DNA from: Patescibacteria group bacterium
GTDB taxonomy: Bacteria > Patescibacteriota > Minisyncoccia > UBA6257 > UBA9933
DNA length: 64,000 nt
Assembly: GCA_038065955.1 (NCBI GenBank)
Contig: JBBTPY010000007.1
Location: 29,232-93,231 of the forward strand
Reading direction: 5' to 3'
This document shows positions 1 to 9,000 of the stretch, piece after piece. Each line of letters begins with the position of its first letter. Within the stretch, counting starts at the first letter, position 1. Both the position numbers and the translations under genes were made by a program. The notes under the pieces are model-generated. The model was not told the origin of the DNA and did not search any database. It saw only the letters and a program-made list of their open reading frames with translations.

Positions 1-88
1 ATTTATTCCCAATTTTAAGACCAACCTCTTCTAAAAGGCTTTTTGGCAAAGTTATCTGATGTTTGCTTGAAATAGTTGTTTTTGGCAT
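1..88 (-). CDS. AbrB/MazE/SpoVT-family DNA-binding protein (antitoxin-like), runs off the window edge
   Basis: Not in the ORF track. Manual translation from ATG at 88 gives MPKTTISSKHQITLPKSLLEEVGLKIGNK, matching the AbrB 'SSKxQITLPK...LGLKxG' signature. Confidence 0.8.
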   Translation of the reverse strand, partial: MPKTTISSKHQITLPKSLLEEVGLKIGNK

Positions 89-111
89 ATTTACTTTACT
101 ATTATTATTTA

Positions 112-140
112 CGCTTTACATTGTATATCTAAGTAAAGCG
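112..140. promoter_or_regulatory. 8-bp inverted repeat upstream of the AbrB gene (possible operator or terminator)
   Basis: CGCTTTAC (112-119), 13-bp spacer, GTAAAGCG (133-140). Confidence 0.45.
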
Positions 141-153
141 CTTGTTAATTCAT

Positions 154-318
154 TCAAGCCATTCTGCGTGTGAACTTTTGTTCGATGCCAAGTTCAAAAA
201 TTTCACTGCTTAATTTTAAAGTCAACCGTACTTTTTCATCCGCGGACATTTTTTTAAAATTTTCGTCTTGAATATCCTGAATTGATTTTTTTGAAAATTG
301 TGAATTTTTGTTAAGCAT
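154..318 (-). CDS. Small hypothetical protein (54 aa)
   Basis: Manual translation MLNKNSQFSKKSIQDIQDENFKKMSADEKVRLTLKLSSEIFELGIEQKFTRRMA*. The start overlaps the stop of the 311..901 gene (ATGCTTAA), consistent with translational coupling. Confidence 0.6.
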   Translation of the reverse strand: MLNKNSQFSKKSIQDIQDENFKKMSADEKVRLTLKLSSEIFELGIEQKFTRRMA

Positions 319-901
319 TTTTCATTTTTTTATATGCCACATAAACCAGCGCAAAAAGCGCGATACCTAAAATTATAAACCTTAAATAATCCTGCATCGC
401 GGACCAATAACCAATCGTACCGATAAGAAGAGACAATAAACCAGAAAACATAAAACTTACCGAAAGCATTGAAACGGCAACTAAAGAAAAACTTCCGACA
501 ATGGCCGCCACTCCGGCAATAATCCAAACTACAAAAACATTTCTTTTATAAATATCGTTCTCTGTATTAAATTCTTTCTGGCAAGTAAAATACGCGTTGC
601 ACCAGCCGGCTGGTTCGCCAATCGCTGTCTGCTGAGTCGGCGGCGGTAATAATCGTTTTTCCACATCTCCTTCATAACTTCTGCCATAATAAAGATTATC
701 CGACCATAATCCGCCAACAACTTCGCACTCTTCTTTTGCCGCTATATTTTTCCCGACAATTTCCGGCTTACAAAAATCATCATGCTCCGGCGCTTTGTAA
801 AAAGTGCCTATGCCGTAATTCACAAACAAATTAAAAACAATAATTATCGCAATTCCCAATCCTATTTTTTTAAGATTAAATTTTTCAAATATATTATTCA
901 T
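311..901 (-). CDS. Hypothetical membrane protein with a Cys-containing extracytoplasmic loop
   Basis: N-terminal TM, a loop with 4 Cys (C..C.GG.W..C..C), and three C-terminal TMs. Confidence 0.8.
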   Translation of the reverse strand: MNNIFEKFNLKKIGLGIAIIIVFNLFVNYGIGTFYKAPEHDDFCKPEIVGKNIAAKEECEVVGGLWSDNLYYGRSYEGDVEKRLLPPPTQQTAIGEPAGWCNAYFTCQKEFNTENDIYKRNVFVVWIIAGVAAIVGSFSLVAVSMLSVSFMFSGLLSLLIGTIGYWSAMQDYLRFIILGIALFALVYVAYKKMKNA

Positions 902-907
902 AGAAAT

Positions 908-1768
908 TTATTCATGTTCCGATTTTATTTTTCCTCCCAATGTTCTTAATTGATGTAAGGCCTTCTTCGCCTCTTCCGGTTTCGGCGGCTTGCCGTGCCA
1001 GTTATAATCCCATTCCATAAAATCAATGCCTTTACCGGGAATGGTGTGAGCGATAATGACCGTCGGTTTTTCGTAAATCGCCCGGGCGATATTGGCCGCG
1101 TCAACGATATGCTCTATGTTATGGCCGTCAACTTCCAAAACATGCCAGTTAAAAGCTTCGTATTTTTCTTTTAACGATTCTAACGGCATCACGTCTTCGG
1201 TAAAACCGTCTATTTGAATATTGTTTCTGTCTATTATAAGCGTCAGATTGCTTAAACGGTTTTTGGCGGCAAGCATCGCCGCCTCCCAGATTATTCCCGT
1301 GTCGTGCTCGCCGTCCGAAGTCAGACAATAAATCCGGTGTTTTTTCCCGTCCATTCGTGCCGCCAAAGCCATACCAACCGCCTGTGGCAAGCCGTCGCCC
1401 AATGGCCCGCTCGTCACCTCTATCCCCGGCAAAGAGCCGCGATGCGGATGTCCTTGTAAACGAGTACCTAATTTACGCAAAGTTTTTAATTCTTCAACCG
1501 GAAAATAACCGGCATGAGCCATTACCGCATATTGAACCGGACAATAATGACCGCAGGACAAAACAAACCTATCTCTATCCGGCCAATCTGGATTTTTCGG
1601 TTCATGATTTAAAATATGAAAATATAAAGCCGTAAAAATATCGGCGGTACCTAGTGGGCTGGCGGAATGGCCGGAACCGGCTTCGGTAAGTATCTTAATA
1701 ATGTCCTGGCGGACAATATTCGCCATTGACTCAAGAAATTTCAGTTTTTTATCGTGCAAAATTTCCAT
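908..1768 (-). CDS. tktA: Transketolase, N-terminal (TPP-binding) subunit
   Basis: GSGH, DRDRFVLSCGH, RLQGHP, GPLGDG, SDGE...N TPP motif, VDGH, TIPGKG, WHGK; 286 aa, split type. Confidence 0.95.
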   Translation of the reverse strand: MEILHDKKLKFLESMANIVRQDIIKILTEAGSGHSASPLGTADIFTALYFHILNHEPKNPDWPDRDRFVLSCGHYCPVQYAVMAHAGYFPVEELKTLRKLGTRLQGHPHRGSLPGIEVTSGPLGDGLPQAVGMALAARMDGKKHRIYCLTSDGEHDTGIIWEAAMLAAKNRLSNLTLIIDRNNIQIDGFTEDVMPLESLKEKYEAFNWHVLEVDGHNIEHIVDAANIARAIYEKPTVIIAHTIPGKGIDFMEWDYNWHGKPPKPEEAKKALHQLRTLGGKIKSEHE

Positions 1769-1780
1769 ATAATTAATTTA

Positions 1781-2476
1781 TCAAATTTTCGCCAATTCAT
1801 CAAACGCCGCTTTGGGATTTTGATTTTCCCAGATATAACTGGCCGCCGCCAAAATGTCCGCGCCGGCTTCTTTACATAGTTTAGCGGTTTCTAAATTTAC
1901 CCCGCCGTCAACTTCAACCGCAATATCAGCATATTCGCCGTCCAAACTTTTTAAAAATTTTATTTTATCAAAAATTTTCTCCTGGAATTTCTGGCCGGCC
2001 AAACCCGGCTCAACGGCTAAAATTTGGATAAAACTTATTTTATTCAAATAAGGAATAAGTTCTTCAACCGGCGTTTTGGGCGCGAGCGCCAAACCGACTT
2101 CAACATTTTTCGGCTCGCATTTCTCCAAAATAAAATTCAAAATATCGCTGAAATCGTTCAGTGGATTTTTCTCCGCCGTTTTTACCAGCGCCTCAAAATG
2201 AACAATTATTCTTTTCGCGCCGGCATCAAGCCAATCGTCGATCGCTTCCTGCGGATTTTCAACCATTAAGTGAACCTCGATATTTACATTTGACATTTTA
2301 CTGCTGACATCTGACAACTCTGACGGGTTATTCCAAGTTTTCCAATTAGTGAATTTGCCGTCAGCAATGTCAATCTGCGCCCATCTATTTGCCGGCGAAA
2401 AAAATTTCGCGGCTTTTTGGAGTTTTTCTTTAACGCATTCAAAATTTCCGCAATTTATCGCCGGAACGATTTGCAT
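1781..2476 (-). CDS. rpe: Ribulose-phosphate 3-epimerase
   Basis: IDIADGKF, EVHLMV, VHFE, VEPGLAGQKF, VEVDGGVN, AGAD motifs. Confidence 0.93.
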   Translation of the reverse strand: MQIVPAINCGNFECVKEKLQKAAKFFSPANRWAQIDIADGKFTNWKTWNNPSELSDVSSKMSNVNIEVHLMVENPQEAIDDWLDAGAKRIIVHFEALVKTAEKNPLNDFSDILNFILEKCEPKNVEVGLALAPKTPVEELIPYLNKISFIQILAVEPGLAGQKFQEKIFDKIKFLKSLDGEYADIAVEVDGGVNLETAKLCKEAGADILAAASYIWENQNPKAAFDELAKI

Positions 2477-2480
2477 AAAC

Positions 2481-3044
2481 TTAAAATTTCACTTTAACCG
2501 GCTCTTTTTCTTCTTCTCTCTCTAATCCGAAAAATTCCTCTTTAACAAAACCAAACAGGCCGGCAATTAAATTGATCGGGAAAACTTCTATTTTCACGTT
2601 ATATTCCATCACATTGCCGTTATAAAATCTTCTGGCCGCCTGAATTTTATTTTCCGTGTCCGCCAGTTCCCTTTGTAAATCCAAAAAATTGACGTTGGCC
2701 TTAAGTTCCGGATAATTTTCCGCCACCGCGAACAAAGTTTTTAAAGTATCTGTTAAAGCGTTTTCGGCGCCTGCTTTTTCCGATTTTCCGGCGGCGCCGA
2801 GAGCGTTAGTCCGCGCTTCCGTCACTTTTTCAAAAACCGTCCGCTCGTGCGCCATATAACCCTTAACGGCTTCAACAAAATTAGGAATTAAATCATAGCG
2901 GCGTTTTAACTGCGCTTCAATATCCGACCACGCTTCGCGAACCCGATAACGGCGCCTTATAAGACCGTTATAGGTCAAAATAATCCAAAAAGCGGCGACA
3001 ATAACAATAAAAAGAATAATATTTAAAAAATTAAAATAATACAT
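2481..3044 (-). CDS. lemA: LemA family protein
   Basis: N-terminal TM; AWSDIEAQLKRRYDLIPN; AVAENYPELKAN; ENKIQAARRFYN. Confidence 0.95.
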   Translation of the reverse strand: MYYFNFLNIILFIVIVAAFWIILTYNGLIRRRYRVREAWSDIEAQLKRRYDLIPNFVEAVKGYMAHERTVFEKVTEARTNALGAAGKSEKAGAENALTDTLKTLFAVAENYPELKANVNFLDLQRELADTENKIQAARRFYNGNVMEYNVKIEVFPINLIAGLFGFVKEEFFGLEREEEKEPVKVKF

Positions 3045-3057
3045 TTACAAAATAAAT

Positions 3058-4050
3058 TTATAAATTCTCCGCGACCTTTAAAACATGTTTCAAAAGCATT
3101 GCCGCGTATCCCCATTCATTGTCATACCACGATAAAACTTTTACTAAATCGCCGTCGACGACTTTGGTAAAATTCAAATCAACGAGCGCGCCGTACGGCT
3201 CGCCGACGATATCCGATGAAACAACTTGCTCGTCAACGGTTTTTAAAATTCCGCGCCATTTCGGCGAATCCGCCGCCTTTTTCAAAATTTCATTAATCTC
3301 TTCAACTGAAGTTTTTCTTTTGGAAATAAAAGTAATGTCGGCGATTGACCCCGCAATGACGGGCACTCTTAAAGCGATGCCGTCAAATTTTCCTTCTAAT
3401 TCTTTAATTACCTTGGTAACGGCAATGGCCGCTCCGGTGGTTGAAGGAATAATATTCTGCGCTCCGGCCCGGCCGCGCCGAAAATCGTTTCCTTTTACCG
3501 GCGAATCAATTATTGTTTGCGTATTAGTGTAAGCGTGAACCGTGTTTAAAATCGCTTTTTCAATGCCCGGATTTTCTAATAAAACCGCGATTACCGGCGA
3601 AGCGGCGTTAGTGGTGCAGGAAGCGTTGGAAGAAATTTGGCAAGTTTTCAAATCTTTTTCGTTTAAGCCGACTAAAACCGTTTTGCCGAGCGTTCCGTCG
3701 GCGTCTTTCGCCGGCGCGCTCAAAACCACCCTTTTTGCTCCGGCGTCCAAATGCGCTTTGGCTTTTTCATAAGTTTCAAAAACGCCGGTTGACTCAATAA
3801 CGATGTCAACGCCCAAATCTTTCCATGGCAGTTTCGCCGGGTCTTTTTCTTGTAAAAATTTTACATTGCCGATAGGCGATTCAAAGCGTCCATAAACCGA
3901 ATCGTGTTTTAATAAATAAAGCAGATTTTCAACGTCGCTTAAATCGTTAATCGCGACCACTTCAATATCGGGCTCATTTATCGCCTGCCTTAAAAATAAT
4001 CTGCCTATCCGGCCGAAACCGTTAATCGCTATTTTAGTTTTCTTTTTCAT
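3058..4050 (-). CDS. gap: Type I glyceraldehyde-3-phosphate dehydrogenase
   Basis: AINGFGRIGR, SNASCTTN (catalytic Cys), TTGAA, RVPV, SWYDNEWGY. Confidence 0.97.
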   Translation of the reverse strand: MKKKTKIAINGFGRIGRLFLRQAINEPDIEVVAINDLSDVENLLYLLKHDSVYGRFESPIGNVKFLQEKDPAKLPWKDLGVDIVIESTGVFETYEKAKAHLDAGAKRVVLSAPAKDADGTLGKTVLVGLNEKDLKTCQISSNASCTTNAASPVIAVLLENPGIEKAILNTVHAYTNTQTIIDSPVKGNDFRRGRAGAQNIIPSTTGAAIAVTKVIKELEGKFDGIALRVPVIAGSIADITFISKRKTSVEEINEILKKAADSPKWRGILKTVDEQVVSSDIVGEPYGALVDLNFTKVVDGDLVKVLSWYDNEWGYAAMLLKHVLKVAENL

Positions 4051-4486
4051 ATTCGTTTATTTTAGCAAGCCGCCTTTTATATTTTTCTTCTTTTGAAAAC
4101 GGCGTTTCCAGCCAAGCCGTTAAAATTTTCTTCGCCTCTTCTTCGTTTATGAATTCCGCGGCCAAAGCCAAAACATTGGCGTCATCGTCCTTGCGGCTTA
4201 AAATCGCCTGCCGGACATTATTGGCCAAAGCCGAACGAATGCCGTCAAATTTATTCGCCACGATGTCAACGCCGACTCCGGAACCGCAAATAACTATTCC
4301 CCGGCGATTTTCCAGATTTTCGGAAACCGCTTTCGCCGCCGCTTTGGCGAAATCAGGATAATCATCATTTTCATTATACTCCGCGTTGCCGACGTCAACA
4401 ACTTCGCGCCCGGATTCTTTTAAAAATTTTTTTACGAATTCTTTCAAATGAAATCCCCGATGGTCCGCGCCGATGTAAATTAACAT
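4034..4486 (-). CDS. rpiB: Ribose-5-phosphate isomerase B
   Basis: GADHRG, DDYPD, ICGSGVG, ANKFDGIR. Start placed at MLIYIG (ATG 4486). Confidence 0.93.
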   Translation of the reverse strand: MLIYIGADHRGFHLKEFVKKFLKESGREVVDVGNAEYNENDDYPDFAKAAAKAVSENLENRRGIVICGSGVGVDIVANKFDGIRSALANNVRQAILSRKDDDANVLALAAEFINEEEAKKILTAWLETPFSKEEKYKRRLAKINEYEKEN

Positions 4487-4493
4487 ATAGATA

Positions 4494-5540
4494 TTATAAC
4501 CCGCCAATCTCCGGCTGAAAAGAATCGTTGATTTTTACTTCAATCGGTTCAACTTCAATGATTTTTTTGTTTTGAATTTTGACTTTGAGCAACAACCCCT
4601 TCATTGTTTCTTCGGAAAAATTCTGGTCAAAAATAAAATTACCGAGAGAATAAGCTATCCAGCCATTTTTATATCTTTCAATTTCCTGAACCACGTGCGG
4701 ATGGTGGCCGACGATTAAATCCGCGCCCGATTCCACAAGCGAACGACCGATTTCCTGCTGTTTTTTATTTGAACGCTGCTGATATTCCTCACCCCAATGA
4801 AAAGAAACAATGACAATATCGGCGATTTCCAACTGCTTCACCGCATAAATTTCTTCTTTTATTCTCTCGCTATCAAAAGAGCTCCTGCCGGCTTTGTCTT
4901 TTGTCGCTTCAAACACTTGAGCGTTTGGTTCAAGATTACTGTAAGCGAAAAACGCGATTTTTATGTCGCCTATTTCTTTAATAACCGGATTATTCGCTTC
5001 TAGATAATCTTTTCCCGCGCCAACCGACTCGATGCCGTTTGTTTTTAAAATAGAAACCGTGTCTTCAATCGCGTCTCTTCCCCAATCAAAAATATGATTG
5101 TTTGCCAAAGACAAAACGTCAAAGCCGGCGAATTTCAAACCGTCAACCGTTTCCGAAGCGAAACGAAAGGAGTATTTTATTTTATGATTTGTTCCGCGTT
5201 CCGATATCGGCCCTTCCAAATTTCCGAAAGCCAAATCCGCTCTGTTTATTTCTCCGGCGATTTTCAAAAACGAAAAGCGACTATCGCCATATTTCCGCCA
5301 AATATTTTCAACTCCGCGGCCAAGCATAATATCACCGACAAAAACAATGTTAATTTCTTTTTGTTGCTTGGATTCTGATTGATTTAAAATTTCATTCACT
5401 CTAATCGTCGATAAATTCGCCTGAAGATTGGAAGATAAAGAACTTGAATACGCGTCAGAAAATTCCTGTCCAAAATAAATCGCCGAGCCGGCGACCAGCG
5501 ACAAAATTAAAATAAAAATGGAAAAATAGAAATTCCTCAT
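4494..5540 (-). CDS. CapA/PGA_cap-family metallophosphoesterase, membrane anchored
   Basis: GDIMLGR, GNLEGP, LANNHIFD, HWGEEY, GHHPHV, YSLGNFIFDQ; N-terminal TM. Confidence 0.92.
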   Translation of the reverse strand: MRNFYFSIFILILSLVAGSAIYFGQEFSDAYSSSLSSNLQANLSTIRVNEILNQSESKQQKEINIVFVGDIMLGRGVENIWRKYGDSRFSFLKIAGEINRADLAFGNLEGPISERGTNHKIKYSFRFASETVDGLKFAGFDVLSLANNHIFDWGRDAIEDTVSILKTNGIESVGAGKDYLEANNPVIKEIGDIKIAFFAYSNLEPNAQVFEATKDKAGRSSFDSERIKEEIYAVKQLEIADIVIVSFHWGEEYQQRSNKKQQEIGRSLVESGADLIVGHHPHVVQEIERYKNGWIAYSLGNFIFDQNFSEETMKGLLLKVKIQNKKIIEVEPIEVKINDSFQPEIGGL

Positions 5541-5554
5541 AAATTTAACTTACA

Positions 5555-6061
5555 TCAGTTTATCAAATTAAAAGCGATAATTCCAAACGCCACCGACACG
5601 TTAAGCGATTCTTTCTTGCCACGCATCGGAATTTCCAGAATCCGTTCGGCGCGGCTCAGGATTGACGGCGGCAAACCTTTAATTTCGCCGCCTAATACTA
5701 AAACAACTTTTTTACATCCGACATTCGATTTTTGCCGCCTTCGGCGAGCCTCGCTTTTAGCGGGACATTTGACCAGATAATACGGAATTGATTTTTTTGA
5801 TTGCTCAATCGCAAATATTTTATATCCCTCTTTTTTTAATTGAGCAATCAAGCGCGCCGAAGATTTACAATATTCCCACTCAACGTATTTTTCCGCAGCC
5901 AAAGAAACTTTCGTTAATTGCGTTCTCGGTCGGCCGAAAGCGTCAACCGGCGTCGGCGTAAAACCGCAAAGATAAATTTTTTCAACGCCGGCTGCGTCAG
6001 CGGTGCGAAAAATGGAACCGACGTTGTGAAGACTGCGGATGTTATGAAGAATAACGAACAT
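5555..6061 (-). CDS. TrmH/SpoU-family RNA methyltransferase
   Basis: LHNIRSLHNVGSIFRTAD, GGEIKG, EIPMRGKKESLNVSVA. Start moved to ATG 6061 so it does not overlap the upstream gene. Confidence 0.92.
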   Translation of the reverse strand: MFVILHNIRSLHNVGSIFRTADAAGVEKIYLCGFTPTPVDAFGRPRTQLTKVSLAAEKYVEWEYCKSSARLIAQLKKEGYKIFAIEQSKKSIPYYLVKCPAKSEARRRRQKSNVGCKKVVLVLGGEIKGLPPSILSRAERILEIPMRGKKESLNVSVAFGIIAFNLIN

Positions 6062-6062
6062 A

Positions 6063-9000
6063 TTATTCAAGAAAAACCGGATAAAACCACTCCGTTGAAA
6101 TAACTTCTGAATAATTTCCAAATTCATCTTTGGCGCGAATATAAATTTTATAAGAATTGTCGAATAAAACCGGAATAGCGGGAGCAGTTTGAATAATAGG
6201 ACTAATATTGCCAGCATCATTCCTAATTTGATAACCGGCTTTAACGGCTTCTCCCCAATTATTTTCATCTAACTCTTCATCTATTAAATGATAATTTAAT
6301 TCATATTTAATTGAACCGTCAATCGTATCCGGATCCGTTGAATTATCCCAGCTAATAATTAAATTTGAAGAAGTTCCATTAAAAATAGTTGTTAAATTTA
6401 AAGGCACGGTTGGCGGCCGATGAATCGGCTCGTTGCCGAAATAATATTTTGTTTTATCAACGGCCACGAGCCTAAAATTATCCGTGCCGCCAGACCAGCG
6501 GGAAGAATTGACGAAAGAATAATAAGCCACGGTTAAATAATCGCCCGAAACAAAATTTATATTATTATCGTTAGCATTAAAACCGACGTCATTTGCTTTT
6601 ATAATAAAATGATTATCTTCTAAATCGCCGTATTGCATCGCGCTGTTCATCATACCTCCCCAAACTCCGCACTGCTCTTTAATATCTGGCAAAATCAGCA
6701 TTTCCCGATTTGAAGAATTGCCGCCGGAGCAAATATTAAACTGAACTTTTAAAACTTTGTCTAAAATTTCCTGCGGCCAGGCGCTGGGCCAAGTGGGGAA
6801 AGATGAAGTAATGGAGCTGTAAATATATTCTCGTTTTTCCGCTTTATTATTAAGATAAAAAACTAAAATTTTCCAACTGGTATTTTGTCCGTTTTGATAA
6901 ACATCCGGCACAAAAGGATATTGACCGTAAAAAGATTCTATCAGATAATCCGCGTCTGAATAATTGGGATTTTTGTAAAAATAAAGATTAGAAAGAAAAC
7001 TGGGAATGGAAATTGACGAAATCGCGGTTTCCGAAGCTAATCCTTCTTTGTCAAACGCCTGAACGGAAAAATTATAATTGCGGCCGACTTCGTCAATGAA
7101 AACAGCGGTACTGGTTAAAGCTGTTTCAATAATTGAAACATTAAATTCTGAATAACCGCCATTCAAATTGTATGTTCGTATTCTGTAAGTTGAACTGGCA
7201 TTGTTTGGCTCTTTGATTCTATAAATTAGAGTTGAGGTTCCGCCGGAAAAATCTTGCGACTCCTGCCAGTTAAAAATTAATTGCATTGTACTGGTACTGT
7301 AATCAATATTGAAATTTTGAGGAATTACGGGTGCGTTGCGCGGCTCCGGAAAATTTTGCGAATTTTGCGGATTAGAGACGCCGCGGATTTCAAAGTCGGT
7401 CGCGCCATCGGTATCGCAACTATTGCCTAAAAATTCGTTTTCATTTTGAGCTGAAACGCAATCGCCGTCCGAAAAAGCTTTTCGCTCCAAACTTTGGCCG
7501 GCATCCGGCACGGTTGAAGTGGCGATGCCGACGGTTAATAGAAAATCGCCGTAAGACAAACTGTCAATAATCGCCGAATCATTAATGTCCGAAATAACGG
7601 TCGTGGCGCTAACTAAAAAAATCGCGCCGCCGCTTGAAATTCCAGACAAAGAAAAAGCGCTGTAAGTCATATCCGCCTTGTCTTTTAAAGACGAAGTGGC
7701 ATTTGAATTAATCACTAAATAAAAACTTTTGGCGGCAATTTCACTGTCGTTTGAAAAATTTTTCTTGCTGATTTTATCCGTTGAAGTAGCCGTTCCGCTT
7801 AAATATTGAATTGAATAATCAGCTAAAGAAATCGCGTTGTCGGTCGGATTATAAATTTCTATAAATTCATCGTTTTGATTTTCTCCCTTAACTTGAATCT
7901 CGCTGATTGCAAGATTATTAACAAAAAAGGCGCTTGGCGCCTGATTTGTTTGATTCGTCTGACAGGCCGCGGTTTGAGTTTTTGGACTCGGACAATTTTG
8001 GATTTCAAAATCTTGCGCGTTATTGTCTGTGTCAATAAATTCGTCGTTCTGAAATTTTCTTTGAATACTTTGGCTTGACAACGGTTCGGCCGCGCAAGAA
8101 CCTTCGCAATCGCTCGCTTGGCCCCATCCGACTTTATCAACCGCCTCGCCGTTTGAATTTTTAAGTTGAATCGCGTTTGATTCGGTTAAAGTCAAATCAT
8201 CTAAAATAATGTCGCCGCCGCTTAACGAATTGCGCGAAATTAAAAAATAACCGTAAGCGGAAATTACTTTGTTCACAAAATAAGTTTTTGAGACCGACGA
8301 ACCGAAATTGGCGCCCGTTTGAGTTTTTCTCTGAAGATACCAATCTGTTAAATCAACCGCCGAATTATTGGGATTATAAAGTTCTATGAACCTGTTCCCC
8401 GTTGGATAAATTTGAATTTCTGAAATTAAAATTTTTGCCGGCGGATTATTCGTTATCGGTGGCTGATTATTAGTTGGCGTTCCGCCGCCGCTTGCGGCGG
8501 CGGTTGGAGCCGAATTTTCCCTTTTCGGCGTGCCCAAAATCCCGTTTTGGGCAATACCATTATAAGTATGCCAAGAAAAATCAGGGCTTCGCTCCATCGT
8601 TCTTTTTTGGCCGTTATCGCCGGCCGGCCAATTTGGCGCCGCAAAAACCTCATCAATTAAATTACACTGCTCATCAAAAAGCCGTATGCCCTCGTCGCTG
8701 TTATTTAAAGTGCCGTTATAAATTTTATCAGCCGAAATATTCGGCGCGGAACCGTCATCCGTTCTTTCTAAGAGATAAAATCCATTGGTTGAAATTTTTG
8801 TTCCACTATTAAAAATTATTTTTATATTTTCCGATTTATCAATTACTTGCCAACCGTTTAAATTAATTTCGTTGTTGGAAATGTTTTTTAATTCAAACCA
8901 TTCGTCTGCCGCGGTCAAGCCAAAATCGCCCGAGCCGCCCATCCATGAGACTTCGTTGATAATAACTTTTTGGCGAGACGACGATTGAGCCGTATTAAAA

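Noticed and set aside
4494-5540. Poly-gamma-glutamate capsule locus
   Set aside because: Only a CapA-like gene is present; there is no capB/capC nearby.
6062-6268. N-terminal extension of TrmH given in the ORF track
   Set aside because: It overlaps the PLC/LTD gene, and family homology starts at ATG 6061.
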